Positions 59,698-64,000 of a stretch of 64,000 nt of DNA are shown one piece after another. Source of the stretch: Blasia pusilla. Its lineage: Eukaryota. The position numbers and the translations under genes were made by a program. Positions within the stretch are counted from its first letter, which is position 1. Each line of letters opens with the position of its first letter. The notes beneath the pieces are model-generated. The model saw only the letters and a list, made by a program, of their open reading frames with translations, did no database searches and had not been told where the DNA came from. The stretch covers positions 17,546,001 through 17,610,000 of the forward strand of contig CM114271.1 in the NCBI GenBank assembly GCA_050084515.1, written 5' to 3'.

Positions 59698-62650
59698 ATG
59701 GAGGATTTGGGTACGCTGAAGGGACCGGGGATCCGCATTGAGTTGTCGATTGATAGATCTTCCGACGACCCTCAGTCTGATGATATGGAGAGGGCTCGAT
59801 TGAGTAGGAGCCAGGACTTGGTCGGGAGAGGACTAGTGGAGATGTCGCATGGGGAGTATGCATCCGCCCGCTTTATCACGCCCGCCAAGAAGGATGTGCA
59901 TGGCAACCGGACGGATAGGCGGATGTGTGGGGATTACCGACCTATCAATCGGCAGACGAAGTCCGATAGGTATGCCATGCCCACCCCTGAGGAGATCTTT
60001 GATGCGATTGGTCACGCAAAGGTCTTGATTCATTGATTTATGAGCCGGATACCATCACCGCCTATCAGATTGGAGGATAGGCGTAAGACGGCATTTTGGG
60101 GCATCAATCCTCACGGGAAGGATTGTTTGTACCGGTGGCGTTCTTACCATTTGGTAAAGAACGCGCGGCTGAGTTTCGAGGGTCATGGATAGGATCTTGG
60201 CTGGTCTGGATTTTGCTAGGTGTTATATTGATGACATCGTAGTCTTTAGCGCCACGGTTGAGGAGCATGAGCAACATCTAGAGGAGGTGTTTTGACGATT
60301 GCAATTACATGGGCTGAAGCTACATCCAGGCAAGTGCCAGTTCTTCTACGACCAGATTGAGTACTTGGGTCATACAATATATCCAGGAGGCCTTGGTGTT
60401 CAGCAGACGAAGGTAGAGGCTATCTCACGCATTCCACGCCCTACAGATGTGAGCTGTGTTTGCGCATTCATGGGATTGGCGAACTTCTATCGGCGATACG
60501 TCAAGGGATTGATTCGATTTGGCGTGACCTTGCTGACCAAGGTGGATCACGAGTGGCACTGGGGGGATGGGCAGGAGCGAGCATTTCAGTTGCTCAAGGA
60601 CAGGTTGACGTCCGCATCCATCTTGAGGAGACCGATCAGGGGCCATCCTTTCCAGTTGCACACAGATTGGAGCATGTTGGGGCTTGGAGCGGTGCTCACC
60701 CAACATGATGATGAGGGTAGAGAGTTTGTGGTGGCTTATGCTAGCCGCTCGAACAACGCTGCAGAGGCGAAGTACAACTCGTATGAGGGTGAGTGCTTGG
60801 CTGCGGTGTGGGCTATCGCGCATTTCAGGTGTTACTTATTCGGCAACCCCTTTACCGTCATCACTGATCATCAACCACTGAAGTGGTTGATGGAGTCCGA
60901 CAAGCTTACAGGGAAGCTTGCGAGATGGGCTCTGTTGTTGTAGGAGTATGATTTTCAGGTGGTACATAGACCTGGAACGCTCAACCAGGATGCAGATGGG
61001 TTGAGTCGTAACCCATGCCCGAGTCAGCGAGATGCGACTGGAGCTCGATGGCATGGAGAGAGTGATGACGAGTCGGTGCCAGGATGGCACGCGTCAGCCT
61101 ATTTAGGCATGTTGGCTATGGAGAGCCAGAGTGTGGAGACTTCGATGGCGAGGTCTAGTGGAGAGTCCTTGGATCCCGAGGCCAGTGAGGACACGGCAAG
61201 TGGCCGAGATATTCATGATGATGGAGTAGTCTTGGAGTACCTTCGTAGTGGCAGCGTTGCGAGCACCATGGATGCTAGAGAGCGGGATTGGATCCTACAG
61301 CGGGCCAGACGGTTCCGTTGGGAGGGGACACATGTTTTGAGGGTTTGGGAGGATGGCAAAGTACGCGTAGTTCCGCATCCTTCGCAGAGAGCACGACTAG
61401 TGCAGCATGCCCACGAAGAGTTGGGTCACTTTGGGGTGAAGCGGACGTACAACTTGCTCCAGATTCAGTATTGGTGGCGAGGCATGCAGACTGACGTTCA
61501 GCAGTTTGTTGCCAGGTGCATGGTGTGTGATCGGGTCCGAGCATCGTTCAATGCTCCGACTCCACAGTTGCATCCGTTACCGATCATGGGCTTAGGGTAT
61601 AGATGGAGTTTGGATTTTGCAGGACCTTTGCCCTTGACGGAGCGACACAGTCGTTATGTGTTGGTGATGGTCGAGCACTTCTCGAAGTGGATCGAGTTGG
61701 TTGCATTGCCTGACAAAGCGAGTGAGGGAGTAGCTTATGCCTTCCTTGATAGAGTGCTGAGTGATTATGGCACACCGGCTGAGGTGTTGACAGACCAGGG
61801 TACCGAGTTTCGCGGTGAGCTCCAGGCCTTGTGTGATCAGGCGCTGATCGACCACCGCACGACTTTGCGAGATCATCCCGAGGCGGATGGATTAGCGGAG
61901 AGAATTGTGCAGACAGAGAAGAGGGGTTTACGCAAGTATGGCTTGCAGAGAGGTCACCTAGGAGATTGGGACCCCAGTTGCCATGGTTGGCGACGGGATA
62001 CAGATTCAGCAGGCAGGCATCCTTAGCGTCTTTTTCACCGCACTTGCTACTTTATGGCCGAGAGCCAGATTTACCTGCGGCCATTCGTCGAGATGCTGGT
62101 GAGGTGCTGGACCTTGATGACCCCAGATGTATGGGTGCGAGCTTGTTCTCAGAGGGCTGAGTTATTTCAGAGAGTGATGCCCATGGCGTTTGAGAACTTG
62201 GCGATTGCACAGCATCGGGATACGTTGAGGTATGCGACTATTCGGGATGGTGGTTATCGACCAACTATCCGGAGGTTTGATCAAGGAGATTATGTCTACT
62301 TGCAACAGACGGCACCCACGATGTTGGATGTGACTGCAGGGCGCACTATCCTTAGAGTGCGTGATATTTTGCCATCAGGTGTTCTCTTGCTGGAGGGACG
62401 CGATAGTATGGTATGGAAGGACCATGTGCGTAATTGTGCGCCATGTCACCTTCCTAACATTGATGGTACAGTAGATCCGAGCTTAGAAATAGTTCCTGCA
62501 GGCTTGCATTGTATGTTGTGTGGTTCTGCCCGTGGTGCGGCCACAATGCTAGGCTGTGATGGGTGTTCAAGAGGATGGCATATGGCATGTTTGACGCCAC
62601 CTCTCACTAGGGTTCCTCAGGGACGATGGATGTGTCCCAGATGTACATAG
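59698..62650 (+). pseudogene. RT - RNase H - integrase (HHCC, DDE) - C-terminal PHD finger
   Basis: RMCGDYRPIN; YIDD at 60224-60235; LHTDWS...GAVL...VVAYASR...ECLAAVW...TDHQPL; HEELGH...CMVC; SLDFAG, TDQG, GLAER; terminal CMLC...CDGCSRGWHMAC...WMCPRC. Confidence 0.92.
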
Positions 62651-62831
62651 AGTAGGTCGTTCTACATTCCGACTTGTGTCTGTGACATGGATGACAAGAA
62701 GGCGACTAACGATGGGGCCACATGAGCACCCGACCTTCTTGCTCTTAGCGTCCGAGAGATGTATATCATGGTAGGTAGGGATAGATGGCTATCTGGAGTT
62801 AGAGGGACCTAACCACCAGCTAGGGGGGCGA

Positions 62832-63599
62832 TTGGAGATATTTTGGTACTTCTTGTCTCGTTGTTTGGATGCCATGAGTTAGCATGGGATCATGCGTGTT
62901 TGTGTGTGTGTTCGGTGACAACGATGTATGTTGTGTAGCGATGTGTATGCGCACGACAAGTGTCACGTCTTTTAGGATAGATCGGTGAGATCTAATAGAG
63001 CGCCTTCGTGAGTAGTGGAGGACACGCTCAGTAGGTCGCGGATGACCTGCTGAGGCCCCGGAAAACCTGAGAGAGCCGGTTTCCCCCTTGTTTCGGCTCA
63101 TTTGGAGCCATATTGAGGAACTTACTATTTTAGGTAAGTACCATTTTGAGTATATGATCGACTTTATATTTTTGGTAAGTGGCCCTTGACCTCCTACATC
63201 AGGTCAAGAGCCAAGGAGGTGACTTGGGAGAATAGGTTACCATGGAGAGAGCTTGGGAGAGGGGAGGGGTATACCTCAAGAAGAGAGAGCTTGAGAGCTC
63301 ATTCTCTCTTTGTTGAACCTCTTGGCATGAGGCGGCGGAGCTATGGTACCTTGCCTTGTGAGTGATACCCAAGCCTCTAATTAGGAGAGTGGTTTTGGTT
63401 TGACATGAGAGAGAGTGCACACCTTTGAGAGCTATGGTGTGAGATGGTGGAGAGAGAGATTGGATCCTACTATTGGAGATATTTTAGTACTTCTTGTCTC
63501 GTTGTTTGGATGCCATGAGTTAGCATGGGATCATGCGTGTTTGTGTGTGTGTTCGATGACAGCGATGTATGTTGTGTAGCGATGTGTATGCGCACGACA
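62832..63599 (+). repeat. 3' terminal repeats B1 (62832-62958), A2 (62961-63471), B2 (63472-63599)
   Basis: B1 and B2 both read ATTGGAGATATTTT...GCGCACGACA; A2 matches A1. A purine run AGGGGGG (62822-62828) precedes B1. Confidence 0.9.
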
Positions 63600-64000
63600 G
63601 CCGCCACTAGTACAAACAATGAACATTTTGGTTCGTGAGGATCGATGCCCCAAAATGCCATCTTCTGCTTGTCCTCCAATCTGATAGGTAGGTGATGGTA
63701 TCCGGCTCGTAAATCTAATGAACTGAAGACCTATGCATACCCAATCATATTTAAGATCTCCAGAGGGGTGGGCATGGCATACCTATCGAACTTTATTTGC
63801 TGATTGATAGGTCGGTAATCTCCACACATCTGCCTATCCGTCCTGTTGCCATGCACATCCTTCTTGGCGGGCATGATAGTGGCAGATGCATACTCTCCAT
63901 ACAATATCTCCACTAGTCGTGCTCCAACCAAGTCCTGCCTCCTACTCTGAATCAGAGCCCTCTCCATATCACTGTACCTGTAGGGATTTCGAAAGATTGG
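63600..64000 (-). mobile_element. Upstream continuation (RT N-terminal part) of the antisense gypsy-like copy
   Basis: ORF 63731-63967 (GEYASATIMPAKKDVHGNRTDRQMCGDYRPIN...YAMPTP) matches 59698-60036 and joins the RT sequence left of 53203. Confidence 0.9.

Larger units (their letters stand above)
53204..63599 (+). mobile_element. Ty3/gypsy-like retrotransposon encoding a C5 DNA methyltransferase and a PHD finger, with split direct repeats
   Basis: TGTC...GACA termini; flanks ACCG / GCCG. The host RT sequence is continuous across the insertion. Domain order gag-PR-MTase-RT-RH-INT-PHD. Confidence 0.92.

Noticed and set aside
53204-63599. DIRS/Ngaro tyrosine-recombinase element, suggested by split repeats plus a methyltransferase
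   Set aside because: It encodes an HHCC/DDE integrase and protease in gypsy order, I see no tyrosine recombinase, and the MTase is C5-type (PCQ) rather than the adenine-type MT of DIRS.

Overview
Repeat-dense eukaryotic nuclear DNA, most likely a land plant: spliceosomal GT-AG introns, a plant-type DCN1 gene and a pectin methylesterase fragment. One intact host gene is present, a 10-exon DCN1-like neddylation E3 gene (39453-43945, +). Most of the rest is nested, mostly decayed transposons: a CACTA remnant (minus strand), a LINE family repeatedly abutting (AG)n microsatellites, two interleaved Copia fragments, two tandem intron-containing Helitrons, and two copies of one Ty3/gypsy-like family nested in opposite orientation. 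The standout is the plus-strand gypsy-like element (53204-63599). Its polyprotein reads Gag - protease - DNMT3-like C5 cytosine methyltransferase - RT - RNase H - DDE integrase - PHD finger. Its ends are not ordinary LTRs but split direct repeats (A1...B1-A2-B2) with TG...CA termini. All calls come from manual motif reading; no database searches were run.
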